Below are positions 9,883 through 18,497 of a stretch of 64,000 bases of DNA, piece by piece. The notes under the pieces were generated by a model. That model worked only from the letters and a program-made list of their open reading frames with translations. It was not told where the DNA came from and did no database searches. Made by a program: the position numbers and the translations under genes. Origin of the DNA: Rickettsiales bacterium (lineage in GTDB: Bacteria; Pseudomonadota; Alphaproteobacteria; Rickettsiales; JABSSG01). Position 1 is the first letter of the stretch. Every line of letters begins with the position of its first letter. The DNA is taken from contig JBDOIT010000002.1 of assembly GCA_047404135.1 (NCBI GenBank), positions 294,320 to 358,319 on the forward strand, in the 5' to 3' direction.

Positions 9883-11790
9883 ATGTATCAAGAAGAAGCA
9901 GCCGACCCACAATCATATGAATTATCTCAAGCAATCACATGCATGAGAAGTGATAGCGAAACAGCTGTCGTGCAAACTCTAAAACTCCTGATGTACCAAG
10001 ATAACAGACTCTGGAAACAATCGATTCAAAAACTCTGCGATGCCGTTGCAAGATCTCAAAAACACATTACTCTAGATTTTTCTTCCTCTCAGATGGATGA
10101 TGCAGAGAAAGAAATGTTTGGAACTAGGTGGATTCAGTCTATAGCACAAGAAATCATTAGCACTCTAGTGGAGACCCTAAGGGCAATAAAAGGAAGTATT
10201 GATTTGCATATTATTAAAGATAAAATCTGCTCTCAAGATATAGGAGAATTGCTGAGTTATATCACATATGCAGATACCCGACTTAGGCTAACCGTTAAAA
10301 ATGGACCTATCACACATGAGTTAGCGAAATCACTCAAGAGACTGATAAAAACTCACAAATCCTCTCTAGATCTTGATCTATCGGATAACAGAATACCACT
10401 CAAAGCACTTGGTGCTATTGCCAATGCACTGCAAGATACTAAATTCTTCACGCAAATCAATCTGGAGAACACAGGGCTCTCTGTCAGCGGACTGAAGACT
10501 CTGACTACGTCCATCAAAAAAGCACAGTCTCCTTTACATATCAGCCTTTCAAAAAATAACCTCGCAGATGCCGGGGTCTTATGCCATGCTCTAAAACACG
10601 CCAAAATGCCTCTGGCTATTGACTTATCCTCAAATGGTATAGGACCCAATGGAATTAGTGCTATTGCAGATGCTATTATGGCAGCTAGGGCTCCTTTAAT
10701 CATAGTGCTAGACCCGGATCTCAAGCCAGAATCAGCTGAAGAGTTGAGGTTTGCTATTATGCGTGCTACCCCTCCTATAAGGATAAAACTCGCATCTGCC
10801 TATACTCAAGTAGAAGGGCAAGATACTCTTTGCTCCATACCATTACCTATACGGGCGCTCGAAAAAAACTGGTTACTGGAAGAGCCACAATATAATGCAA
10901 TATTTCATTCTATTTCAGGACATCAAAGACTTTGGATAGAGATAATCACATTGCCTACAAGCGAACAATCTACACAAAATTCAGCCTACCAAGCCATTCA
11001 ATTAGCAACATCATGTTTATATACAAAGCTACCACTAGAATTAGTAGCATGGATTTGTTCCTTTTTACCCTCCACAGAGTATTATCGCATAGTAAGAGAT
11101 CTTATTATTGAAGCCTGGAACACACATAGAGGAAAAAAACACTCAAAGAAATCAGGTTGCATTGTTGATCTATCTGAAGGTATTTGTAAAGAAGGAGGTC
11201 CAGAAAGTGGATATGAAACAAAGTCCTCCTCTGAAGACGAGCATAAACCAGATGATGAAAGTGGCAAAGAAAAAGCAGATGATGAAAGTGGCAAAGAAAA
11301 AGCAGATGATTCTGCAGCGTTAAACGCAGACCAAAACAATCTAGCTAATAGCACCTTAATTAACAATCTAACAATCAGGCTGCTTCCTGCTAATATAGAA
11401 GAAAAGATACTTGTTACAACGGATTACAAGAAAGAATATTATATTGATAATGAAACCAATCTTCATCTTGAAGAAATACTTAGCAACCTTGATGCAAAAG
11501 CAAATTACACAACAGATGATACCCACTCTGTTGAACTTTCCGATCTCTTTCAAGAAAAAGAAGGGCTCCCTGCTTATATAGAAGAAAAGATACTTGTTAC
11601 AACGGATCACAAGAAAGAATATTATATTGATAATGAAACCAATCTTCATCTTGAAGATATATTTAGAAACCTTGATGCAAAAGAAAATTACACAACAGAT
11701 GATACCTACTCTGTTGAATTTCCAGATCTATTCCAAGAAAGAGAAATTCTCCCTGCGATCTCTGGCATTGGTCTAATGTCTATAGCATAG
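9883..11790 (+). CDS. eukaryote-like leucine-rich repeat (ribonuclease-inhibitor type) protein with F-box-like motif and repetitive acidic C-terminus
   Basis: There are 4-5 repeats of about 28 aa of the type LxLxxNxIGxxGxxxLAxAL (for example LAIDLSSNGIGPNGISAIADAIMAARAP). LPLELVAWICSFLPSTEYYRIVRDLIIEAWN lies at aa 383-413. Tandem duplications are present in the last third. ATG preceded by GGGGAGAAAAA. Confidence 0.8.
   Translation: MYQEEAADPQSYELSQAITCMRSDSETAVVQTLKLLMYQDNRLWKQSIQKLCDAVARSQKHITLDFSSSQMDDAEKEMFGTRWIQSIAQEIISTLVETLRAIKGSIDLHIIKDKICSQDIGELLSYITYADTRLRLTVKNGPITHELAKSLKRLIKTHKSSLDLDLSDNRIPLKALGAIANALQDTKFFTQINLENTGLSVSGLKTLTTSIKKAQSPLHISLSKNNLADAGVLCHALKHAKMPLAIDLSSNGIGPNGISAIADAIMAARAPLIIVLDPDLKPESAEELRFAIMRATPPIRIKLASAYTQVEGQDTLCSIPLPIRALEKNWLLEEPQYNAIFHSISGHQRLWIEIITLPTSEQSTQNSAYQAIQLATSCLYTKLPLELVAWICSFLPSTEYYRIVRDLIIEAWNTHRGKKHSKKSGCIVDLSEGICKEGGPESGYETKSSSEDEHKPDDESGKEKADDESGKEKADDSAALNADQNNLANSTLINNLTIRLLPANIEEKILVTTDYKKEYYIDNETNLHLEEILSNLDAKANYTTDDTHSVELSDLFQEKEGLPAYIEEKILVTTDHKKEYYIDNETNLHLEDIFRNLDAKENYTTDDTYSVEFPDLFQEREILPAISGIGLMSIA
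11251..11310 (+). repeat. 27-nt tandem repeat, 2 copies plus partial (encodes DDESGKEKA x2)
   Basis: GATGATGAAAGTGGCAAAGAAAAAGCA occurs at 11251-11277 and identically at 11278-11304, followed by GATGAT. It is in frame within the LRR protein gene. Confidence 0.9.
11386..11751 (+). repeat. 183-nt tandem duplication (2 copies, roughly 90 percent identical by eye), encoding a 61-aa module
   Basis: Copy 1 (11386-11568) encodes LPANIEEKILVTTDYKKEYYIDNETNLHLEEILSNLDAKANYTTDDTHSVELSDLFQEKEG. Copy 2 (11569-11751) encodes LPAYIEEKILVTTDHKKEYYIDNETNLHLEDIFRNLDAKENYTTDDTYSVEFPDLFQEREI. A third LPA follows. Confidence 0.9.
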
Positions 11791-11854
11791 AGGTTGATTA
11801 TTTTGAAGCCTTGTATATTCTATGTTTTAATGAAAAATCATACGATACACTATA

Positions 11855-13219
11855 ATGACTATAGTAACAAGATTCGCACCATCCCCCACTGGAAACCTCC
11901 ATATAGGTGGAGCAAGGACAGCGCTTTTCAATTTTTTATATGCAAAGCATACTGGAGGGACTTTCAAATTGCGTGTGGAAGATACAGATCAAAAGCGTTC
12001 AAAAAAAGAATTTGAAGAATCCATTATTGAGGGAATGAAATGGCTTGGTCTGCAGCATGACGAAGCAATAGTATATCAAAGCAAACGCATTGAAAGACAT
12101 TTAGAAGTAGCTCAAGAATTGCTAAAAAAAGGCTGCGCGTATTACTGTAACACTCCTCTAGATGAAATACAAAAAAACCGTTCTGAATTTGAAGCGCAAG
12201 GTAAGATATTTCAATTTCAAAGTGAGTGGCGCGACAGAGACCCCGACCCATCAAGAACAGGTGGGGTAGTGAGGTTTAAAGCTCCAAATGATGGGCGCAC
12301 AGCTATACAAGATCTAGTTCAAGGTAAAGTTACAGTACCAAATTCTGAGCTGGATGACATGGTATTGGTCCGCTCTGATGGAACCCCTACATACATGTTA
12401 GCAGTCGTTGTGGATGATTATGACATGGACATTACTCACGTTATCAGAGGAGACGACCATCTTAATAATGCCTTTAGGCAAATTCACCTTTACCATGCAA
12501 TGGGTTGGAATGTTCCCGAATATGCGCATATTCCTTTAATACACGGAATAGATGGAGCAAAATTATCAAAACGTCATGGAGCGCTAAATGTGCTTGATTA
12601 CCAAGAAAAAGGATACCTCCCTGAAGCGATGTTCAATTATTTACTAAGAATGGGGTGGGGTCATGGGAATGATGAAATCATTTCAAAAGAGCAAGCGATT
12701 GAATGGTTTGATATCAAGAATGTTAATAAAAGCCCTGCAAAATTAGACTTTTTTAAGATGATGCACCTGAATGGTCATTATATCAAAAACAGCAATAACG
12801 ATGAGCTTATATCCCACTTAGGTGATCTGAGTAAGTCACAAAAAAATACCCTCAATAAAGGATTGGATGGTTTAAAAAAACGTGCAAAAACTCTAGTGGA
12901 ATTAAAAGAAAATGCTCAATTTTATTTAGCAGACAAGCCTATTGAAATTTCTGCAGAAGCAAAAGAAATAATAGATGGATTTGACAAAGAAGCCTACAAA
13001 TCTTTAGTGGAGACCATTCAGAATATACCTTCTTGGGATTCAGAGAGTTTAAAAGAATCGGTAAAAACATTCGCAGAAAAACACAAAATGAAACTAGGTC
13101 AAATTGCACAAGTCCTCAGACCTGCACTTACTGGATCCACAGTTTCTCCAAGTGTATTTGAGATACTGCCTGCGTTAGGAAAAGATAAATCTATTGAAAG
13201 ATTAACCCGTTTTTGTTAA
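11855..13219 (+). CDS. gltX: glutamyl-tRNA synthetase
   Basis: RFAPSPTGNLHIGGARTALFN (HIGH motif) and KLSKRHG (KMSKS motif); 454 aa. Confidence 0.95.
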   Translation: MTIVTRFAPSPTGNLHIGGARTALFNFLYAKHTGGTFKLRVEDTDQKRSKKEFEESIIEGMKWLGLQHDEAIVYQSKRIERHLEVAQELLKKGCAYYCNTPLDEIQKNRSEFEAQGKIFQFQSEWRDRDPDPSRTGGVVRFKAPNDGRTAIQDLVQGKVTVPNSELDDMVLVRSDGTPTYMLAVVVDDYDMDITHVIRGDDHLNNAFRQIHLYHAMGWNVPEYAHIPLIHGIDGAKLSKRHGALNVLDYQEKGYLPEAMFNYLLRMGWGHGNDEIISKEQAIEWFDIKNVNKSPAKLDFFKMMHLNGHYIKNSNNDELISHLGDLSKSQKNTLNKGLDGLKKRAKTLVELKENAQFYLADKPIEISAEAKEIIDGFDKEAYKSLVETIQNIPSWDSESLKESVKTFAEKHKMKLGQIAQVLRPALTGSTVSPSVFEILPALGKDKSIERLTRFC

Positions 13220-13245
13220 TATCTGTGAAATTTTTATTCAACATC

Positions 13246-13764
13246 ATGCCAAAATACGAAGTAATAGTAGCTCCAGACCCAAGGCTTAACAAGGTTTCAC
13301 AGCCTGTTGAAAAAGTGGACTCAGAAATAAAAAAGCTTATGGATGATCTCCATGAAACAATCAAAGGTCGATATGCCGGTGTTGCTGCCCCTCAGGTTGG
13401 TATACACAAAAGAATATTCCTAATGGATATATCTAGTTACGTCCCTGAAAACAAAGAAATGTATTTTATTGTAAACCCGGAAATTACATATATGTCAAAG
13501 GAAACATGGGTTTCAGATGAAGGGTGCATATCATTGCCGACAGGAAGAGTTGATGTAGAGAGACCGCAATCTATAAAAATGACCTATCTTAATTACCATG
13601 GAAATAAAAAAGCAATAGAAGCGGATGGTTGGCTCGCTAGGGGTTTTTTGCATGAGCTAGATCATCTAAATGGAGTAACTTTATTAGACCACATGTCAAA
13701 TCTGAAACGAACCTTGCATACTAAAAAACTACTCAAATATAAAAAGAGAAATAATATCACATGA
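13246..13764 (+). CDS. def: peptide deformylase
   Basis: GVAAPQVG, EGCISLP and HELDHLNG are the three deformylase motifs. The ATG at 13246 (MPKYEVIV..) is preferred to the TTG at 13213 in the ORF track. Confidence 0.9.
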   Translation: MPKYEVIVAPDPRLNKVSQPVEKVDSEIKKLMDDLHETIKGRYAGVAAPQVGIHKRIFLMDISSYVPENKEMYFIVNPEITYMSKETWVSDEGCISLPTGRVDVERPQSIKMTYLNYHGNKKAIEADGWLARGFLHELDHLNGVTLLDHMSNLKRTLHTKKLLKYKKRNNIT

Positions 13765-14687
13765 AACTAGTATTTATGGGTACCTCAGATTTTGCGGTCC
13801 CAGCTCTGAAATTACTACACGAATCAAAGCATAAAATACTCCGCGTCTTTACTAAGCCTCCATCAAAAGCAAACCGAGGACAAAAACTTCATAAATCATC
13901 TGTACATGAATCAGCAGAAGAATTGGGCCTTGATGTCTCTTTCCCTACTAGCTTAAAAAATCCAGAAACAATCAAAGAATTGGAATCACTAAATGCTGAT
14001 ATAATAATAGTGGTTTCTTACGGTCACATTCTGCGTAAAAATGTTTTAGAGATGTGTAAAAATGGGTGCCTCAACATTCACCCCTCTTCTCTGCCAAGAT
14101 GGAGAGGTGCGGCTCCAATTGAAAGAACTGTTTTGAATGGCGACAGATCCACATCTTTATGTATCATCAAGATGGATGCAGGACTAGACACAGGAGATAT
14201 TATATTCTCGAAAGATGCGGTAGTTCAAAGAAATGAAACCTCAAAAACCTTATCAGAAAAAATGGCAAAGTTGGGCGCAGAATGCATCGTAGAAGCGCTA
14301 GATAATTTCAAAGATTTGACTCCACAAAAACAATTAGAAGAAGGGGTTAGATATGCAGAAAAAATATCAAAAGATGAAGCAATAATAAACTGGCACGATG
14401 ATGCAGAAAAAATTGACAGAATGATCAGAGCATTTAACCCATGGCCATATTGTAATTTCTTATTCAAAGGAGAGAGAGTAAAGTTAATAGAAGCAGAATC
14501 TATCCTTACTCAAGAACATGGCTCCAAGCCAGGTACAGTCTTAGATAACAGAATGACAATAGCTTGTGGCAAGGGCACAATAAGCCCACTAATCCTACAA
14601 AAACCTGGGAAAAAACCCGTAAATATCAAAGACTTCTTGAACGGCGCAAAGATAAAACCTGGAGAAGTATTAAAATATGACATATAG
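13761..14687 (+). CDS. fmt: methionyl-tRNA formyltransferase
   Basis: MKLVFMGTSDFAVPAL, NIHPSSLPRWRGAAPI (SLLP motif region). 4-nt overlap with def, the classical def-fmt pair. Confidence 0.95.
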   Translation: MKLVFMGTSDFAVPALKLLHESKHKILRVFTKPPSKANRGQKLHKSSVHESAEELGLDVSFPTSLKNPETIKELESLNADIIIVVSYGHILRKNVLEMCKNGCLNIHPSSLPRWRGAAPIERTVLNGDRSTSLCIIKMDAGLDTGDIIFSKDAVVQRNETSKTLSEKMAKLGAECIVEALDNFKDLTPQKQLEEGVRYAEKISKDEAIINWHDDAEKIDRMIRAFNPWPYCNFLFKGERVKLIEAESILTQEHGSKPGTVLDNRMTIACGKGTISPLILQKPGKKPVNIKDFLNGAKIKPGEVLKYDI

Positions 14688-15417
14688 ATACAAAATCTCA
14701 ATAGAATATGAGGGCACAGGGTATTCAGGATGGCAAAAGCAACCGAATGCAAAATCAATCCAGGGAGAAGTAGAAAAATCCCTTCAACAATTCTCACAAG
14801 AAAAAGTTGTAACACATGGAATGGGGAGAACTGATGCTGGTGTTCATGCAATTGCACAGATTGCTCATTTCGATTTAGAGAAAGAATGGGATCCTGATAC
14901 TGTTTTGCAAGGAATAAATTACTTCTTAAAGCCTCAACCAATAGTAATCACAGTATGCGAGATAGTCAGCAATGATTTCCACGCACGCCATTCTGCAAAA
15001 AACCGCACATACCAGTATGTAATTTTGAATAGATTTTCAAACCCAGCATTAGACAAGAACAGAGCATGGCATGTAAGCAAAAAGCTAGATGTACAAAAAA
15101 TGGAAGAAGCTTCTAAAATACTAATCGGAAAACATGACTTTACTAGCTTCAGAACAACTTTATGCGAAGCTAAATCTCCAATCAAAACTATAGAGTATAT
15201 TCACTTCAACACAGAAGGGGAAAGAATAACCATCGAAATCTGCGCAGAATCTTTTCTGCATCACATGGTGCGTAATATTGTAGGGTTTCTAGAGTTAGTA
15301 GGCTCTAGTAAAAAAACTACAAAAGACCTACAGGAATATTTAGAAGCAAACGATGTTCATGTCATCAAATATACCGCACCATCCTGCGGACTTTATTTTA
15401 CCAAAGTAGAATATTAA
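14677..15417 (+). CDS. truA: tRNA pseudouridine(38-40) synthase TruA
   Basis: YKISIEYEGTGYSGWQKQ and GRTDAGVHA (catalytic Asp motif); 246 aa. Confidence 0.95.
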   Translation: MTYRYKISIEYEGTGYSGWQKQPNAKSIQGEVEKSLQQFSQEKVVTHGMGRTDAGVHAIAQIAHFDLEKEWDPDTVLQGINYFLKPQPIVITVCEIVSNDFHARHSAKNRTYQYVILNRFSNPALDKNRAWHVSKKLDVQKMEEASKILIGKHDFTSFRTTLCEAKSPIKTIEYIHFNTEGERITIEICAESFLHHMVRNIVGFLELVGSSKKTTKDLQEYLEANDVHVIKYTAPSCGLYFTKVEY

Positions 15418-15477
15418 GAAACCATTGATTTCTTCTCTTTGGTGATAGAAAATATAAGACACTAATATTGGAAAGAG

Positions 15478-17520
15478 ATGCTCACCAGGTTTACTGCGAT
15501 TTTCTTAATTTGTTTGATGGCAACCATAAATTCATGGTCATCATGCAGATTCCCAGATACATTTATACACCATAAAGCCTATCCCATTGTAACTGATATC
15601 GATGGAGGGCCTAGCACATGGTTTCACCCATTAATAAAGGGTGCATACCTAGGTTGTGGACTTGGGATATCAGATTACCATTATTTTACTTTAGGGGTAG
15701 GCGAAACACACTCAGTAGGTGCGTTCAAATATTATGCAGTTGTAGGAGTGAGTGATAGAGTTTGTTCCAGAATAGGTGTATATGGAGAAGACAGCCCTAT
15801 TACTATAAGATATAAGAGTATATGTAATACCTCACAAAAAGCCCCGGGAATATGCTTAGTGCGTGAAAACAGAATAATATCATGGGCGTTTAGAGACTGC
15901 GTTAATAGTAATCAGTTCAAGGATGTGTTAAATAAAATAGACAAAGCTTATCCAGATCTTGATGCCATTCCAGATATTGATGAGTGTCTTAGATCTGCAG
16001 GAACTTTGGTGGATTGCTTCCCGTTCCCTTTACCGCCGTCCCCCCCACCCTTTTGCAAAGGAGACCTACCAATCATTTCACCACCACCTGTAGTAAACCC
16101 TATATGCAATAAAGATGCTTCAAATGCTGAAATCTGTAGCGCTCCAATATCAACACCCTCTAGCACTCACGATATTCCATGTGCACGCGTTACATTTGAT
16201 AACCCCATAGGCATTTCTTCTCCTCCTCAAAATATCACTAATAGGCTGATACCCAAATGCGGAGCAGGAGTCTCATCTCCATGCGTAAATTTCAATAGCT
16301 CATTAAGCAGCAGCGCACTGACAGATCTAGACCAAGCAGCACGAACTACAGTCGTGGGTTACAGTGAATTTGAAGCTATATACACCCAAACAATGAATCA
16401 TGAGGGAATTCCTATAACTAAAAAAACAAGATGGAACCCACATACAGAAAGGGACAGCATAAGCTTCTTTGGATACAATATGGCTGAATATCAAGATATC
16501 TGCTACAACTACTCAACAAATACGTTTGGACATGTCACCATGACTGATAATTATGGTACTGTTAGAAACTTTAGAACCTGCAAAGACCCAGATGCTGTAT
16601 CCTCATCTTATTGCATAGAGGAATCCTCTGATTCTGCTTCCGAAATATGCCAATCCGCACAGAGATATTGCTTCTCTAGACCTAATATTGATAAGCCTGT
16701 TGTAGAATTTTGTAATGGCAAACAAAATACAAAAGATCAATACTGCATGAAAGTCACCTCCGGTGGTCAAACTTATATTTTCAATAAACAACAAAAAACA
16801 CAAGCTTCTTTTAGAGCTATGGAAACAAACAACAACTATAACATTATCTCCTCTTCTGGTAGCAGCTCCACTCCCGGCACAGGATATTCAGCCCCTGCTG
16901 TAAGCAATATATGCGAAGCTTACTATGATAAAAACAATGCCCAATATTCTGCAAGTGGCAACTCCCCATGTCAGTATTATGGTGGCCTATACTACAAGTC
17001 CAATTCGTATATAAGTGGTGCAAATAAATTTTGCTTAACAGGCTATGTAGCAAATGCTCCTCAAGATATGGTTTGCACTGCTACATCTGATTCTTCGGAC
17101 ACAGTATCCTCAAGATCCATACCACCTAACAACATCGCATCTCCACTTAATGACCAGTGCTGTGATCCAAATCCCTCACCTATGTCTTTCGGATGCACAC
17201 GAGCTGCAGGATCTCCACCCCTAAGAGCAAAAAACCCTATAGAGCTGGGATTATGTGTTGATATCATGCCCTATGATTTTGAAGATTGTAGTAGCTTAAG
17301 CGACGATGCCACAGCAGAAGATCCCTCTGCGAATGGCTCAGAAACACAAGCTCTCATTGGCAGATGCAGAGCTTACCAAGATTCTTGTATCCAAGTGAAC
17401 AACGCAAATAATGAGTATGTAAATGCAGACTCCTGTAACAAAAATTATATAGATTGTGCGGCTGGGAGATCCCCTTCCAGAGGGAGTGCAGAAATCTGCA
17501 AATTCTTTAAGATACAATAG
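15478..17520 (+). CDS. secreted cysteine- and proline-rich protein (orphan, 680 aa)
   Basis: GGAAAGAG Shine-Dalgarno before the ATG. N-terminal signal-like segment MLTRFTAIFLICLMATINSWSSC. 36 Cys by my hand count, spread along the whole length. Proline tract FPFPLPPSPPPFCKGDLPIISPPPVVNP. No family recognised. Confidence 0.7.
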   Translation: MLTRFTAIFLICLMATINSWSSCRFPDTFIHHKAYPIVTDIDGGPSTWFHPLIKGAYLGCGLGISDYHYFTLGVGETHSVGAFKYYAVVGVSDRVCSRIGVYGEDSPITIRYKSICNTSQKAPGICLVRENRIISWAFRDCVNSNQFKDVLNKIDKAYPDLDAIPDIDECLRSAGTLVDCFPFPLPPSPPPFCKGDLPIISPPPVVNPICNKDASNAEICSAPISTPSSTHDIPCARVTFDNPIGISSPPQNITNRLIPKCGAGVSSPCVNFNSSLSSSALTDLDQAARTTVVGYSEFEAIYTQTMNHEGIPITKKTRWNPHTERDSISFFGYNMAEYQDICYNYSTNTFGHVTMTDNYGTVRNFRTCKDPDAVSSSYCIEESSDSASEICQSAQRYCFSRPNIDKPVVEFCNGKQNTKDQYCMKVTSGGQTYIFNKQQKTQASFRAMETNNNYNIISSSGSSSTPGTGYSAPAVSNICEAYYDKNNAQYSASGNSPCQYYGGLYYKSNSYISGANKFCLTGYVANAPQDMVCTATSDSSDTVSSRSIPPNNIASPLNDQCCDPNPSPMSFGCTRAAGSPPLRAKNPIELGLCVDIMPYDFEDCSSLSDDATAEDPSANGSETQALIGRCRAYQDSCIQVNNANNEYVNADSCNKNYIDCAAGRSPSRGSAEICKFFKIQ

Positions 17521-17576
17521 AAAAAAGCAACTACCACAAAGAAACAGGCGTTAGCCTTGGTCACGCACAGTTAAAC

Positions 17577-18389
17577 CTACAGAATTTCTATAGCAGCTTT
17601 ATGAATAATTTTCTGTTGTTGCTTCTGCTGGATTTTACTCATCACAATATTTTCAATCTCTTTCTTTGCTTGATCAAAAGTTGGAATCTTTCTAGGCTTA
17701 ATTTCTGTCACCTTAATAATATGCCATCCAAATTGGCTTTTTACAGGCTCCGAAATTTCTCCTTTCTTCAAGCTATATGCTCGTGATTCAAACTCAGGAA
17801 CAGTTTGACCTCGAGAGATAAGTCCTATGACTCCACCATTTGACTTTGATCCATCTAAAGAATTTTCTTTAGCCGCTTGATCGAATGTTATCTGTTTGCT
17901 TCTGATTTTATTATAAAGATCCTGACCTACAGCCTCAGAAGAGACAAGTATATGACTTACATTTCTTTCATCATTACCCTTTAGTGCTTTCACAACATTA
18001 TTATACTCAGATTTAAGAGCTGATTTTGTAATCAATCTTTTTGCAAAATGATTCAAGAATAACTGTGCCTCTACCTGCTCTTTTGCGATTTTAAGCTGCT
18101 GACGATACACATCACTTTTACTCATGCTAGATTGGTTTGCATAATCTGCAAGCACTCTTTGTGTAACATATTGCTGAACAACTTGCTCTCTAACTGTTTT
18201 ATCAAGATCATCTAAGTCTTTTTTATTGTTTGGCAAGGATCCATTCATAACGGATTTAATCGCTAATTCGACTTCTGATTTATATACTGTTTTACCATTA
18301 TATTTTGCAATCACTCTGTCCTCTGCAAAGGATGGGTTCATCAAAATGGAAAAAGAGACTAAAGCTATAGCAATTTTCAAAATTTTCAT
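17577..18389 (-). CDS. parvulin-type peptidyl-prolyl cis-trans isomerase (SurA/PpiC-like), periplasmic
   Basis: Signal peptide MKILKIAIALVSFSILMNPSFA. Rotamase domain HILVSSEA...GGVIGLISRGQTVPEFE...GWHIIKV. Confidence 0.85.
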   Translation of the reverse strand: MKILKIAIALVSFSILMNPSFAEDRVIAKYNGKTVYKSEVELAIKSVMNGSLPNNKKDLDDLDKTVREQVVQQYVTQRVLADYANQSSMSKSDVYRQQLKIAKEQVEAQLFLNHFAKRLITKSALKSEYNNVVKALKGNDERNVSHILVSSEAVGQDLYNKIRSKQITFDQAAKENSLDGSKSNGGVIGLISRGQTVPEFESRAYSLKKGEISEPVKSQFGWHIIKVTEIKPRKIPTFDQAKKEIENIVMSKIQQKQQQKIIHKAAIEIL

Positions 18390-18497
18390 ATATTCTACCT
18401 TCTGCTTTTTATTTTAATTTAATCTAATTGAAACATAACGTGTTAAGTGTCAACTACACTATATTTAAAATATAAAAAACTCAAGCTTAATATCTGA

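Noticed and set aside
11794-12015. A 73-aa ORF overlapping the gltX start in another frame.
   Set aside because: It overlaps the strongly supported gltX N-terminus (HIGH motif region), and no independent evidence supports it.
13213-13245. A TTG-initiated 11-codon extension of def overlapping the gltX end.
   Set aside because: Deformylases begin close to the MxxxxI/V motif. The ATG at 13246 gives the canonical N-terminus (MPKYEVIVAPDPRL).
15478-17520. Whether the Cys-rich 680-aa protein is an F-type conjugation TraN (also about 600 aa, secreted, Cys-rich).
   Set aside because: I could not find the TraN-like C-terminal Cys clusters (for example the CCKDSGWG-type motif) or any neighbouring tra/trb genes. 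The flanks are truA and a PPIase/secA.
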